Positions 21,401-30,973 of a DNA stretch of 64,000 bases are shown here, piece by piece. Location of the stretch: contig CAWHDP010000002.1 in the NCBI GenBank assembly GCA_963828125.1, positions 928,001 through 992,000 on the forward strand. Reading direction: 5' to 3'. The position numbers were made by a program, and so were the translations under genes. The stretch is from an uncultured Chlamydiae bacterium (lineage in GTDB: Bacteria > Chlamydiota > Chlamydiia > Chlamydiales > SM23-39). The number at the start of each line of letters is the position of its first letter. Within the stretch, counting starts at the first letter, position 1. Under the pieces are notes generated by a model that made no database searches, had not been told where the DNA came from, and saw only the letters and a program-made list of their open reading frames with translations.

Positions 21401-21514
21401 GAAGAATTTCTCTCCCTTTTCCACCGATTTTTCAAACACCCGGCGTTGCTGCCAAAATCTAAGAACCCGCTCTTCCCTCTCTGGGAACCCCTCGTCTTGC
21501 TCAAATTGAAACAT
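18434..21514 (-). CDS. ileS: Isoleucine--tRNA ligase (IleS2 type)
   Basis: DGPPFATGLPHYGH; GWDCHGLP; WTTTPWTLPSN; KMSKR. Confidence 0.98.
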   Translation of the reverse strand: MFQFEQDEGFPEREERVLRFWQQRRVFEKSVEKGEKFFSFYDGPPFATGLPHYGHLLAGTIKDVIPRYKTMKGFRVPRRFGWDCHGLPIENEIEKAKELSGASAIESFGIAKFNEECRGIVLRYTGEWKKTVDRMGRWVDFTHTYRTMDLPFMESVWWVFSQLWREGLVYEGFKVMPFSMKLGTPISNFEANLNYQDVDDPSLVVAFEVIGDPHTYILAWTTTPWTLPSNLALMVGPEIEYVKVKREGKFYWLAEARLGVYFQDGAEIIERKKGTGLAAVRYKPLFPFFADRNGFRVILEAGVSVEDGTGVVHAAPAFGEMDFFACKREGIELVCPVDNNGRFTAEAPLWTGLLVKDADKEIARELKKTGALFYQGTVRHRYPFCWRSDTPLIYKAVRTWFVAVEKIKDRLLEANREIHWVPGHIKDGRFGKWLENARDWAISRNRYWGTPIPIWRGDKGDVVVVKSLEELERLTGQKIDDLHRHNIDDLTFVQEGQKFERIPEVFDCWFESGSMPYAQNHYPFENKREFEESFPADFIAEGIDQTRGWFYTLTVLSAALFKKPAFKNIIVNGIILAEDGNKMSKRLKNYPDPEGVINKYGADAIRLYMLNSPAVRAEDLRFAEKGVEHVLRGVLIPFWNSFVFLSTYAKIYHWKPGRAKRPEALIDRWILSMTQALVRKVEGGMEAYDLNRAVEPLVGFVDQLTNWYIRRCRGRFWADDDSPDRRAAFETLYEVLMTLSRVAAPFIPFLSDAIYRELRTDDKMESVHLSEFPKYDEGLRDVELEKEVEAAQAAVSLGHTLRKEYKLKVRQPLAKAHLITSNRELLASLAKQKQLIADELNVKEIQFHSEEGDFVQWLVKPNFPVLGKKIGKLIPLAQKIMQGFDRKQIQTLAMGHRLNIEIGGERVELEPGDVQIERRVREGMAAGNQGELTVALDTALNDELIEEGLAREIVNKVNSMRRDLAFEVIDRIRIVMQTTPRVVACFAKYRDYIAHEVLAIDVEFGKCEGTPWDLNGEETYISIYKV

Positions 21515-21670
21515 AGCCTAACCCTCAAAAAATGTCCCATTGTAAGGGATTAAGAATAAGAATGAAAGGGGGGCTATCGCCAAAAACTCTAACTATGTTA
21601 TAATGAGAGGGGTAAAACCATCGCTTTTACGTCCCCGCTTTGGGAATGGCGCATTGACCGTTCTCCTTGC

Positions 21671-22038
21671 GGGGGTGTCAAGGTTTCGACTTAGGAATAA
21701 AGCATAGGTGGCATGTAGAGGATAATCGGTGGGCCTCTTTAATCATCCGATTAAAACACAAACGACGAAGAAACATTCCCGTTGGCAGCCTAAGGCTTAA
21801 CCGCCTTAGTTGCCCGGTAGCCTGAGATCAGATCAAGAGTTTCAGATGTCTACCGTCATACATCTTGAAGTGAACCCTGGCCCTTTGGGACTATCTAGGT
21901 AGGAGTTCGAGATAGAGAAGGTCTAGTTGGCCCCAAGCGGAGAACCTTTCGGCAAGGTCAACTTATTTTAAGGTACTAAGCATGTAGTCATCTTTGTAGA
22001 GTTTGCTAAGGACGAGAGTTCGATTCTCTCCACCTCCA
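21671..22038 (+). ncRNA. ssrA: tmRNA; tag ending ...DEETFPLAA* (stop 21791-21793)
   Basis: 5' GGGGGTG pairs with 3' CACCTCC-A including G3-U; GGTTTCGAC; T-arm GAGAGTTCGATTCTCTC; TATAAT near 21600. Confidence 0.96.
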
Positions 22039-22205
22039 AAATTCAGATTAAACCAAATCAAATAACACTAAGAATACCAAGGACTTAAAGGGGAACCGAT
22101 AAGTCCTTTTTCTTTTCATCTAGGCCACTTTTGCCCAGTCTAGTGCGTAAAATTTGCGTAATTTAAACAGAGGGACTAGCCTAGTCTGGCCAATAGACAA
22201 AAACC

Positions 22206-23585
22206 GGTTCATCCGACAAATGCGTACCTGGATTCGTGTAGGTGATAAAGTCGCAATTTAAAATATTCAATATCTCGAAACCCATAAGCCTGCCTTTTCA
22301 TTGTCTTGATTTTGTTGTTTATGCCTTCTGCTGCGGCGTTCGAGATTCGATGTTTGAAATAGTTCAATAACCCCGTCTTGTATTGGTGTAATGTTTTGAC
22401 CACTCGTCTTAGCGGTTTGAGCCCTGTTGCCAAAGCATCGACTCCCCATCTGACGAGAAAATGTTCCGCCTCCTCTACAGAGTCTTTCTCCCAGAAAAGT
22501 TGGAATTGCTCCTTCAGGGAATGTGCCAAAAACAAGGGTTCATTTACAGCCAATAAGGCGCCCAATCGTGTTTGGTTTTCTAGATCCAAGTTGTCATAAT
22601 TCGTTAGGAATAAAAACCGACTGCCCTTCAGTACTTTTGCATCGGCCCCACTCAAGTTTTGCTGTTGATCTTTGCGCACCTCGTCCAGGGCTTTATTCAA
22701 TAAAGCCGTCACATGAAAATGATCAAATACCACATCTACGTTCGGCAAAAACTCTTGTGCTGCTGGGTAGTACGATTTGCTCATGTCCATAGCGATTGCT
22801 TTTAACTTTGGTGCGTGCTTTGCCAGTTTCTTGAAAAAGGGAGCTACCGCCTCTATAGTTCTACCCTCTACAGCGTGAATAATTCTCCCCGACCGTAGAT
22901 CTGTGAAAACGGTCATGTATTCATGCCCTTTCCGTATGCTGAATTCATCGACGGTAATGTATTCCAAATCTTCTAGAGGAATTGTTTTATAGAGAGCAGT
23001 CAATTTCTCTTTGTGGATCCTCTTCACGACATTCCAGCTAATTTTTAGAAATCGAGAGACATCCAAGAGAGTGCTAAAATGCAAAAGATCCAGCACGTGT
23101 GCTATCATGGAGCGCACCATTCGGAATTTGCCTTTCATAAAAGGCAATCGAGGCCACCATTTATGGCCACATTGAGGACAGGCTACTCGATGTAGCAGCA
23201 CGTTTAGAAAACAGGGCTTGCCGCCAAACGGCACCATTTTAAACTGCCGCTTTTTTTGTCCCTTGAAGATTGTGCGCGTACAGCCACATTTGCATTGAGA
23301 TGGATCGACCATTATAGCGTGGATCGTAATCGCCCCCGCTTCAAATTTGGTAGATTGGTATTGAACTCCGCTGATTCCGTATGCATGATACAAGAGAGAA
23401 GTAGACATAGAAGAAGCCTCCCGTGAGGGTGTTTGTTCAAGCTCCTTTTATATGTCTGCTTCTTTTGTTTCTACCCGCCAGTCAAGACCTTCTAGAAATC
23501 ACAACGCGCTGAATAATCAATACTTATAAAAATCTAAGGACTTAATGCCTTTCCCCTCTACAGGTACTCATTTGTCGGATGAACC
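22206..23585 (-). mobile_element. ISL3 family IS
   Basis: 25-bp imperfect IRs GGTTCATCCGACAAATG(C/A)GTACCTG; 8-bp TSD CAAAAACC (22198-22205, 23586-23593). Confidence 0.95.
22209..23408 (-). CDS. ISL3 transposase
   Basis: Zn finger CKCG..CPQC; VDEFS, AMDMS, FDHFHV, NAAAEGINNKIK. Confidence 0.95.
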   Translation of the reverse strand: MSTSLLYHAYGISGVQYQSTKFEAGAITIHAIMVDPSQCKCGCTRTIFKGQKKRQFKMVPFGGKPCFLNVLLHRVACPQCGHKWWPRLPFMKGKFRMVRSMIAHVLDLLHFSTLLDVSRFLKISWNVVKRIHKEKLTALYKTIPLEDLEYITVDEFSIRKGHEYMTVFTDLRSGRIIHAVEGRTIEAVAPFFKKLAKHAPKLKAIAMDMSKSYYPAAQEFLPNVDVVFDHFHVTALLNKALDEVRKDQQQNLSGADAKVLKGSRFLFLTNYDNLDLENQTRLGALLAVNEPLFLAHSLKEQFQLFWEKDSVEEAEHFLVRWGVDALATGLKPLRRVVKTLHQYKTGLLNYFKHRISNAAAEGINNKIKTMKRQAYGFRDIEYFKLRLYHLHESRYAFVG

Positions 23586-23660
23586 CAAAAACCTCATTTA
23601 CCTCTAGAATTTGATCTTTAAAAATCGTTGCCACGTCATTTTCTATTTAGGAGTCTACTG

Positions 23661-24683
23661 ATGAAGAAATACACCATCTTGTTTGTGATGCTAACCATTT
23701 TTTTCTTCCACAAGAAATCTTTTGGTGCTTTGTCTTCTGATATCGACTTAGAACAGATGACCCAAGATTATGTCCTTGAAGTTAAGCAATTGCACATTCC
23801 AGGTTATCCTACAGCATGTAACCCTTCTATCGCACGATGGCATGACAAGCTTATCTTAAGTTTTGACGCCTATAGCCCTGAAAAAAAAGATCAACCCGAT
23901 TTAATGGGACTTGCCATTTTGGATGAGAATTTTAATATAACTGGAAATCCTCAAATTCTCGATGTCCCGAAAAATCTTTGGCAAGATGCGCGCCTTGTCC
24001 TACTCAAGGATGACCTCTATCTAGTATTCAATGGCGCTATTGAGGGTGGAGTGCGTCGAACATTCATCACTCAAGCAGAGTTTAATGGCGTGGAGTTTTC
24101 TGTAGAGCCTCCGAGAGCATTTTTGCATTTCCCTGGAGAGAATCCAAATCAATGGGAAAGAAACTGGATTCCTTTTGTTTATAATAATTCACTCCTTTTA
24201 GCCACCCAGCTAATGCCTCATCGAATATTATGTCCTGTTTTAGGAAGTCAAAAGTGTGAAGAAATTGCATCTTTAAACTTTTCTAGCTCTTGGATGTGGG
24301 GAACTCCGAAAACGGGAACAACGGCTCATCTAGATGGGAATCATTATCTTGCCCTCTTTCATTCCATTAAAGTCATGCCTAGCATCCATTCGGATGGTAA
24401 GTCAATTCAACATTATTTCATGGGTGCCTATACTTTTGAAGATCATCCCCCTTTTCGGATAACAGCAATTAGCAAGGAGCCTATTGTCGGCAAACATTTT
24501 TATCATGGACCCGAATACACCATGTGCAAACCTTGCCGTGTTGTTTTTCCTTGTGGATATGTCATGGATGAACAATTTATTTGGGTAGTGTACGGCAGAC
24601 AAGACCATGAAATATGGATGGCAAAGCTTGAGAAGAAGGGACTCTATAGCAATATGGAACCATGCAATCTTGATATGAACTGA
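23661..24683 (+). CDS. Exported beta-propeller glycosidase-like (GH130-like) protein
   Basis: Signal peptide MKKYTILFVML; NPSI, QDARL, ERNWIPF, VVFPCG, YGRQD. Confidence 0.7.
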   Translation: MKKYTILFVMLTIFFFHKKSFGALSSDIDLEQMTQDYVLEVKQLHIPGYPTACNPSIARWHDKLILSFDAYSPEKKDQPDLMGLAILDENFNITGNPQILDVPKNLWQDARLVLLKDDLYLVFNGAIEGGVRRTFITQAEFNGVEFSVEPPRAFLHFPGENPNQWERNWIPFVYNNSLLLATQLMPHRILCPVLGSQKCEEIASLNFSSSWMWGTPKTGTTAHLDGNHYLALFHSIKVMPSIHSDGKSIQHYFMGAYTFEDHPPFRITAISKEPIVGKHFYHGPEYTMCKPCRVVFPCGYVMDEQFIWVVYGRQDHEIWMAKLEKKGLYSNMEPCNLDMN

Positions 24684-24732
24684 AAATCACTTCTTCCCTT
24701 AGAAATTTCAAATACAATGTGAATAGATGAGG

Positions 24733-25422
24733 TCATGGTGTCTTTTTTAAAAGTTCTCGTTTTGATAGTTCGTCTCGAATTTGCTGAGAAGATTCAAATA
24801 CAATACCGTCGATACCCATCTTTTTGGCGGCCTCAACATTCTCAAGTTTATCATCAATGAAGATAACTTCTTCTGGAGAGAGGGAAAGTTCTGAAAGGAG
24901 GAGTTTGTAAGCCTTTAAATCTGGTTTTAGTGCACCAATTTCTGTAGAAAGTAAGCATGGGTCAAATGGTTCATAAATCCCACAGTCTCTTAGCAAATTT
25001 GTGAATTGTCCATCTGAATTAGAAAGTAAGCCTACTCGAATATGTTGCTTCAATTCATTGACCAATTTATACATCTCTATGTCCATTCCAGCTGCGTTTC
25101 TCATAGTTGCTTGAAAGGATTGATACCAGTCGTCTGGAAGACAAATTTCGTTTTCTTTTGCAAAAGCAGTTAAGAATTTTTTATCGGATTCACCTTGCTT
25201 TAAAGCTAACAGCCTTTGCTGATTCATCTCACCAAATTCAGATTCTGACAAATGGAAATACTCTTTAATAAAATCTGCAGCTGCATTGAATACTCTTGCT
25301 GAATGATTAGCTTCTGCGGTCATAACTCCGCCAAAGTCAAATACGACTGCATGAGGTGTAGCGAAAATAGGAAATATAAAAGCTATCAAGAAAGGAATCA
25401 AAAGAAGGATGTTTTTTTTCAT
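24733..25422 (-). CDS. HAD phosphatase with signal peptide
   Basis: FDFGGV; LSN; KPD; FIDD..NV; N-terminus MKKNILLLIPFLIAFIFPIFA. Confidence 0.88.
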   Translation of the reverse strand: MKKNILLLIPFLIAFIFPIFATPHAVVFDFGGVMTAEANHSARVFNAAADFIKEYFHLSESEFGEMNQQRLLALKQGESDKKFLTAFAKENEICLPDDWYQSFQATMRNAAGMDIEMYKLVNELKQHIRVGLLSNSDGQFTNLLRDCGIYEPFDPCLLSTEIGALKPDLKAYKLLLSELSLSPEEVIFIDDKLENVEAAKKMGIDGIVFESSQQIRDELSKRELLKKTP

Positions 25423-25426
25423 AGGC

Positions 25427-25942
25427 TTATTCCATAGTCTCTTTTAAGGCATCTCTGATCTCAAAAAGAGTTTTCTCTTCAAGCTTAAATGATTTATCGT
25501 AAGGAGCATAGTTTTTCCCCCAACGGGTATCTTGAAAAATCACCCCACAAAAATCTCGAGAGTCACTATAGCGAGGAATAATATGCACGTGGATTTTAGG
25601 AGACGTGTTACTGAGCGCTGCATAATTCATTTTGTCAGGCTGAAAGAGAGTCTTTAAAGCCGTTTTTATTTCTTCACCAATTTGGAAAAACTCCTCTCTA
25701 ATTTCCCCCTGAATAGACAAAAAATCTTCAACACCAGCGTCTTCTCGTAAAAGGACAAAAACCCTACCGAGATAGCATTGGTTCTCATGAAGATATACAT
25801 CCCAATATTTGTAAGACTTTATTTTGAGTTGTTCATAATCCATAGATTCCTCAATTGATTGGGCATGTATTAATTGATGATCTTGAGAATAGGCGTTTAA
25901 AGAAGAAAATCCAAGAAGCAATAAGAAGAGCAATTTACTCAT
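25427..25942 (-). CDS. HIT family hydrolase with signal peptide
   Basis: KIHVHIIPRY (variant HxHxH); MSKLLFLLLLGFSSLNA. Confidence 0.85.
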   Translation of the reverse strand: MSKLLFLLLLGFSSLNAYSQDHQLIHAQSIEESMDYEQLKIKSYKYWDVYLHENQCYLGRVFVLLREDAGVEDFLSIQGEIREEFFQIGEEIKTALKTLFQPDKMNYAALSNTSPKIHVHIIPRYSDSRDFCGVIFQDTRWGKNYAPYDKSFKLEEKTLFEIRDALKETME

Positions 25943-26013
25943 AAAACGACCATCTTTTAGGTCAGGAAATCATAATATGCCAAGCAGAGGCTTGTCAAAC
26001 GTAAAGAATATGT

Positions 26014-26256
26014 TTACATTCTTGATAATAAATCTTTACTTTGACGGATAAGAGTCATCGTTTCTCGATGATGGGCTTTCGCCCGTTTTGTATATCCGCC
26101 ATGTCGAAATGGTGCTTGACGAGCACGTTCTTTTCCAGCATTTGTTATGGGTCCTTTTGCAGTTCCTCCATGCATATGACAAGTTGTTCTCCCACGCACT
26201 GCCCACTTTAAACACTGCTTGCCAGAGCGTTTACTTTTTGCCGTACATTGACTCAT
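26014..26256 (-). CDS. HGGxSTG-like small phage/satellite protein
   Basis: CTAKSKRSGKQC...CHMHGGTAKGP...RHGGYT. Confidence 0.85.
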   Translation of the reverse strand: MSQCTAKSKRSGKQCLKWAVRGRTTCHMHGGTAKGPITNAGKERARQAPFRHGGYTKRAKAHHRETMTLIRQSKDLLSRM

Positions 26257-26891
26257 AGTGATCCATGGGGTTCAATTCGAGATTTTTTCTCCACCTCTCC
26301 CCCCATCGTCGAAAGATTCTGAGCGACGATCGCTTGGCCTTCATTATGAACATGGATCACTTGTACCGTTTGCTGCCCCTTGGCTCGGTACTTGGTAAGA
26401 GCCTGCATGGTTTGAGTGGCAGCGTTGAAGAGTTTTGTTGCCAAATTGATATAGCGCTCAAGGTGATAAAACCCATCTTGAAAATGGCCTTGACGCAGAC
26501 ATTCCATGGCAGATGCCTGTAAAGCTATGAATTGCCCCGCAAGCAACGCCTCTGTTTCATCCTGCGGTCTAATCGTTGGAAGTAGACTGGCCATGCACTT
26601 GAACCGTTGCTCGAATGTTGAATCTGGCAATCCTTTCGAGAGATGCCACAATATAGCCGTAGCAAAATCTGCATCATCGGTGCCCGTGGCTTGCTTGAAA
26701 GCCGTTTCAAAGCGTTCCATCGATTCTGAATTTACAGTTGTTCCATCTGCAAGAGTAAGCGTCGATTTCTTTCCTCCAGATTGAGAGTTGTCCTTTGCAT
26801 TAAGTTGCATAGGCTTCTCTAGACGATTTTCTACTGACGATTTTGGCGAAAGTGGAGATATATCAGTTTGCTTTTTCAGCTTTTTTCCCAT
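26253..26891 (-). CDS. Satellite-associated hypothetical protein
   Basis: PQDETEALLAGQ...QQTVQVIHVHNEGQAIV; stop overlaps the HGG-motif gene start. Confidence 0.8.
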   Translation of the reverse strand: MGKKLKKQTDISPLSPKSSVENRLEKPMQLNAKDNSQSGGKKSTLTLADGTTVNSESMERFETAFKQATGTDDADFATAILWHLSKGLPDSTFEQRFKCMASLLPTIRPQDETEALLAGQFIALQASAMECLRQGHFQDGFYHLERYINLATKLFNAATQTMQALTKYRAKGQQTVQVIHVHNEGQAIVAQNLSTMGGEVEKKSRIEPHGSL

Positions 26892-26905
26892 CGCTTCATT
26901 TCCTT

Positions 26906-27134
26906 CGGTAGCATTCTAAAGCTACCGCTTAATTTACTTATTCATAGAATATTGCAACTTTCGGTAGCAGGTAGCAGTCTTTGATGCGCATCTCAACGAA
27001 TGCTTGAAACATTTATTCATCAATTTCACTAATGACTTAATCCTTCTGCTACCGTGCTACCAATTTTCATTTTTTACTTAATATCAATAAGTTACATCTT
27101 GTTTTCGGTGCTACTCTGCAGTAACACAGTAGCC
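26906..27134. repeat. Putative replication origin with GGTAGC(A) iterons
   Basis: At least six GGTAGC/GCTACC copies (26907, 26921, 26963, 26970, 27047, 27055) around AT-rich spacers, immediately downstream of the replication gene. Confidence 0.7.
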
Positions 27135-29171
27135 TTATTCACTCTCTACTTTTTCCATTGGAATCAAGATGCAACGCTGGTTCGTTCCCGTAATCTTTAC
27201 CTGCACACCCCCTATAGCCCCATCCGTTCTTGCCAATGGCCCCTTGATGTCTAAAGAGGCGTATTCGGTATCTTTAAGCAAGTGCCTTGTGATGTTCTCA
27301 CACCGAAGTGCCAAGTATCTCTTCGCCTTATGAACAACAATTTTCACGCCATGCCGCTCTAAATGTTCCTCATGCTGTCCCATTTGCAACATCTCACGCA
27401 CCGATTTCTTGTCACCATCTACAAAGATGAGACTGGCCAAAATCGTATCGAGGAGCTTATCACCATCATCTTCCGTTTGTGTTGCCGCCCACATTGGGAA
27501 GCTCTCCTCTAGTCCTTCTGGAGCAACAATCTCTAAAAGAGCTGAGGCATACATAAAATTTTCTACCGTGCGAATTTTGATTCCTGGGTGCTCTTGCAAA
27601 AGGCGGTGCCGATCTGCATTGATTTTTTGCGCTCTCTCTTCGAGGACTTCCCACATGGTAATCACGGCAGCTGTGATCTTGGCAGAGATCACTTGCCCAT
27701 CGTCATCAAATTTATCAACGGCTGGAGCTCCTTGCGGAATCTTGTTCAGCTCAAACTTGACAAGGCGCGATTCTTGCGCAGCGTCCTGCATAAACTTCTT
27801 GGGCAGGTAAATCGACCCAAACCAAGGCATGTGATGCAGGTCAAATCGATGAGCTTTATCGGAACCCGTCCCACTGGTTTTTTGTCCCCCCTTGTTGAAA
27901 AGCTTTGCCAATTCCAAAATCTCAGGAATGTGTTTGTGCTTTTCAAATTCGTCAAAGACAGAAATGCGACCGCTGTTGCCGATAGTTTGAGCGGTGGCAT
28001 GAGCGGTACTCTTGTCTAAACGCTCTACAAGTCCTCCATAAATGTGCTGTAAAATATTCTCCCAAAATGTGGTTTTCCCCGTTGCTGCAGCGCCCGTGAT
28101 ATATATCCACGGACGCCACTTCATGGCTTGCTGCACAATCGCTAACATCACAAAAGCGGTCACAAAGGCCGCCATCGAAGGAACAATCCAATTCCATTGC
28201 TTCACCTTGCTATGAATGAGATTGAAAGACTCTTTTAGGAGGACTCGATTGCCTATCGACGCCTCGAAAACCTCCCAATCCAACCATGCTGCCCCCTCGG
28301 TCTCAACGAGTTTTCCTTCAAAGAGAGGAGCTTTTAAGTAAGAAAATCGCCCTTCTTCAATAAAGCCCGCTTTCTTGCCTGAAATAATCAACCATTTGTC
28401 ATTCACCATCCAAATACCCGCTCGCAAGGGAGAAACGTCATCGATGAATCCCTTTTTGTGTGCCGCATCGATGATCGCTTCTTTCAGAGTCTTAACCGAG
28501 TCGTCGGACTGAAACCACTCCGACTCACTCCCGATGTAAAGGCGGAGTTCATCCTTGTTCAGTCGCGCTGCTGGTAATGCAATAAGTCGTCCCTCTTTCC
28601 ACAGCAAAATTTCCCGCTTTGCGTTATGTCCCAAAATGTGAAATGGCAGCATCGACTCTGCCTTCTCTTCCAGTAATTTGGCACCATTCCGTAACTGATC
28701 GATCTCATCTTGCAATTCTTTTTGTGCGGCTTCCCGCCGATCTAATTCCTCCAACTGGCTGCGCATTTTCGGATCATCGGCAGACAACCCCCGACTTTCG
28801 ATCTCTTTCTCCAACACGGCACGTTCAGTTATTAAAGCTCGATCTTCGGCGTAATGTTGCCTCTCTTTGATGTCAATCTGCGTCCATACGTTTTCGGCTT
28901 CTTGACCCCTCCTGCTTTTATCGAAGTAATCGTCCTTGTGGAGGACAATTTCAACACCGATTTGCTTACTTGCGAGCATTGTCCCGACCATATCTTGCAT
29001 CCCAATCGGACAGCTCCATGCGTCTTTCATATGCCAGTGGCAACCCGCTCTTTTTAAATCGGCATTTACAGCTTTAAGCGCCTTTGTTGCGCCCCTCTTT
29101 GGACGAATCAAAAAAGCATTTGCAGGGATTGCTTCTGGTGATGTATCCGTAGGTATAGTATTATCGTTCAT
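27135..29171 (-). CDS. Phage/satellite replication protein (P-loop NTPase, primase-helicase-like)
   Basis: Walker A GAAATGKTT, Walker B VFDEFE; likely start MNDNT. Confidence 0.75.
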   Translation of the reverse strand: MNDNTIPTDTSPEAIPANAFLIRPKRGATKALKAVNADLKRAGCHWHMKDAWSCPIGMQDMVGTMLASKQIGVEIVLHKDDYFDKSRRGQEAENVWTQIDIKERQHYAEDRALITERAVLEKEIESRGLSADDPKMRSQLEELDRREAAQKELQDEIDQLRNGAKLLEEKAESMLPFHILGHNAKREILLWKEGRLIALPAARLNKDELRLYIGSESEWFQSDDSVKTLKEAIIDAAHKKGFIDDVSPLRAGIWMVNDKWLIISGKKAGFIEEGRFSYLKAPLFEGKLVETEGAAWLDWEVFEASIGNRVLLKESFNLIHSKVKQWNWIVPSMAAFVTAFVMLAIVQQAMKWRPWIYITGAAATGKTTFWENILQHIYGGLVERLDKSTAHATAQTIGNSGRISVFDEFEKHKHIPEILELAKLFNKGGQKTSGTGSDKAHRFDLHHMPWFGSIYLPKKFMQDAAQESRLVKFELNKIPQGAPAVDKFDDDGQVISAKITAAVITMWEVLEERAQKINADRHRLLQEHPGIKIRTVENFMYASALLEIVAPEGLEESFPMWAATQTEDDGDKLLDTILASLIFVDGDKKSVREMLQMGQHEEHLERHGVKIVVHKAKRYLALRCENITRHLLKDTEYASLDIKGPLARTDGAIGGVQVKITGTNQRCILIPMEKVESE

Positions 29172-29234
29172 TATAGTCCTGTTCTTGTGGTTGATAAAAG
29201 CTCCTCCCAAGCTGTAACTTGGGAGGAACAAGGC

Positions 29235-29396
29235 TTAAAGTCCTAAGAGTTCAGCCACTCTACGCGCTTCAGTTTCGTACTTTTGTGGGCACTGACTGAG
29301 GCGCTTTTTTTGCCATTCGTAATCGATCCAAACATTTTTACGAATGTTGGGCGCGATTCGTTTGCGTCTTGATCTTTCTTGACGTTTCCTTAGCAT
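29235..29396 (-). CDS. 53-aa small protein (not in ORF track)
   Basis: AAGGAGG SD; MLRKRQERSRRKRIAPNIRKNVWIDYEWQKKRLSQCPQKYETEARRVAELLGL. Confidence 0.65.
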   Translation of the reverse strand: MLRKRQERSRRKRIAPNIRKNVWIDYEWQKKRLSQCPQKYETEARRVAELLGL

Positions 29397-29655
29397 CTTC
29401 TACCTCCTTTATGGGCATATTGGTTGTAGGTTGAGAAAGACGAGCTAAGCAGGAATCCCATGCGACCTGATCTATGAGAACTCGCCTATTGTATCTAAGA
29501 ATTGCAGGAGCAAACGGGCTTTGGTCCCCTTGTTGAATGATGGCACGTACCGCATGCTCGCTAGCGGGCCAAGCTCCTGTTTCGCGATTCTTTTGGCAGA
29601 ATTCGCGCACTGTGCGAACAATTTTTTCTAAAGAGGGTCGAATTGAACAATCCAT
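29338..29655 (-). CDS. Excisionase/AlpA-like DNA-binding protein
   Basis: AILRYNRRVLID wing motif; lies between integrase and replication gene. Confidence 0.6.
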   Translation of the reverse strand: MDCSIRPSLEKIVRTVREFCQKNRETGAWPASEHAVRAIIQQGDQSPFAPAILRYNRRVLIDQVAWDSCLARLSQPTTNMPIKEVEDAKETSRKIKTQTNRAQHS

Positions 29656-29851
29656 AATAAATCCTGTAGGTTTATAGTTACGGAAGATTAGCCGCCTAAC
29701 GCCCTTGCTTTTTAGGGCACATCAGTTAGGCATAACTTATCTTCTCTAACCCACATTAGATCAGATAGATAGGATTTAACTAAGACGTCCGAATTTAACG
29801 GACAAATAGACGACCTTTTTCATGGAGAAAAAGAATCCAAAAAAAGAGAGC

Positions 29852-30973
29852 TTACTTTGAAACCGCCGACTCTTTTTTTCCTCTTTTTGGCTTCCAACCA
29901 TGTTTTTTAGCAAAAAGGGTGCATGCTTTATTGATTAAGGTTTCGCTACATGCTTCAACTAGTCCATGACCACTAGATTGTTGTGCCTCCTTCCAAATAA
30001 TGGGGCGCAATGAATCATAGGTGTATTTATTCCTCTCTTTTGCAGGCAGCGGCAATAACTTCTTCTCCAAGACACCCTTAATGAGTTGTCTGGCTTCCTC
30101 TTTCATAGCTCTAGGTCCTTTCGGCTTAATTCCAACGGCTCGTTGACGCAAAAGCAAAATGATCTCCTTGAGCAATCGCTCTACCAATTGGATTAGGACT
30201 TTCGGCTGAAAAAAATCCATTTTTCGATCGGGGCCATAATGACTTGCAAATGAAAAATCTGAAGCCAACCGACACCGCAAAGCATTCCTAAAATTTTGAT
30301 CTGCCTCGATCCACATCGCCACTCCACTCCCATTAGCCCGTGGCCAACCGATGTTAAGAATGTCATTCCGAATCGTCCAGCACTCTTCAAATACCCTTAA
30401 TTGTCTCCAGATATGGCGAGGATTAGCATCAATACTGATAGCCATTTCCCCTTGGCTACTTGCCTGGATGACTCTATATGCGGACGGAGCAAAAGTGATC
30501 TCCCATGTCTTAGAAATGGCCAAAACATAAAGCGATTGGAGTTTGTGATAAATCCTATGACATGGGGGTTGGGCTCTTGGAATTTTCACAGTAGATAGCT
30601 TGCCGTTAGCATCCCTATGAAAACCCTCGCAGTCTCTGTCGGATATATTTGAACAACTCCCCTCTTGACAAACCTCCTCAAGAATTTCTTTTGCGCCTTC
30701 AACCCAGCAGGGATTGATGTTGTTCCCATGCAGAATCTGTTGGCATGCAGTATCGAGTTCGGTATACGCACGAACAAGTAGGCTGCCATCACAATTTTTT
30801 TGATCCCATTCATCAATGAGTTTGCTTGTCAGGGGATGATCCTGAAACATAGGAATTATCCGCGTTGCAATTCTTTCACAGATTCCAAGCTTTGTAGAGC
30901 ACTCTAAAAGCAATGTCATCTCCGCCTGAAATTTTTTTTCGAGATCATCAATTACTGATTTATTTGGATTCAT
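29852..30973 (-). CDS. Hypothetical protein coupled to integrase
   Basis: 373-aa ORF overlapping the int stop; basic C-terminus. Confidence 0.7.
   Translation of the reverse strand: MNPNKSVIDDLEKKFQAEMTLLLECSTKLGICERIATRIIPMFQDHPLTSKLIDEWDQKNCDGSLLVRAYTELDTACQQILHGNNINPCWVEGAKEILEEVCQEGSCSNISDRDCEGFHRDANGKLSTVKIPRAQPPCHRIYHKLQSLYVLAISKTWEITFAPSAYRVIQASSQGEMAISIDANPRHIWRQLRVFEECWTIRNDILNIGWPRANGSGVAMWIEADQNFRNALRCRLASDFSFASHYGPDRKMDFFQPKVLIQLVERLLKEIILLLRQRAVGIKPKGPRAMKEEARQLIKGVLEKKLLPLPAKERNKYTYDSLRPIIWKEAQQSSGHGLVEACSETLINKACTLFAKKHGWKPKRGKKESAVSK

Noticed and set aside
29724..29752. dif-like site (GTTAGGCATAA-N6-...)
   Set aside because: The right half does not resemble a XerD arm (TTATGTTAAAT)
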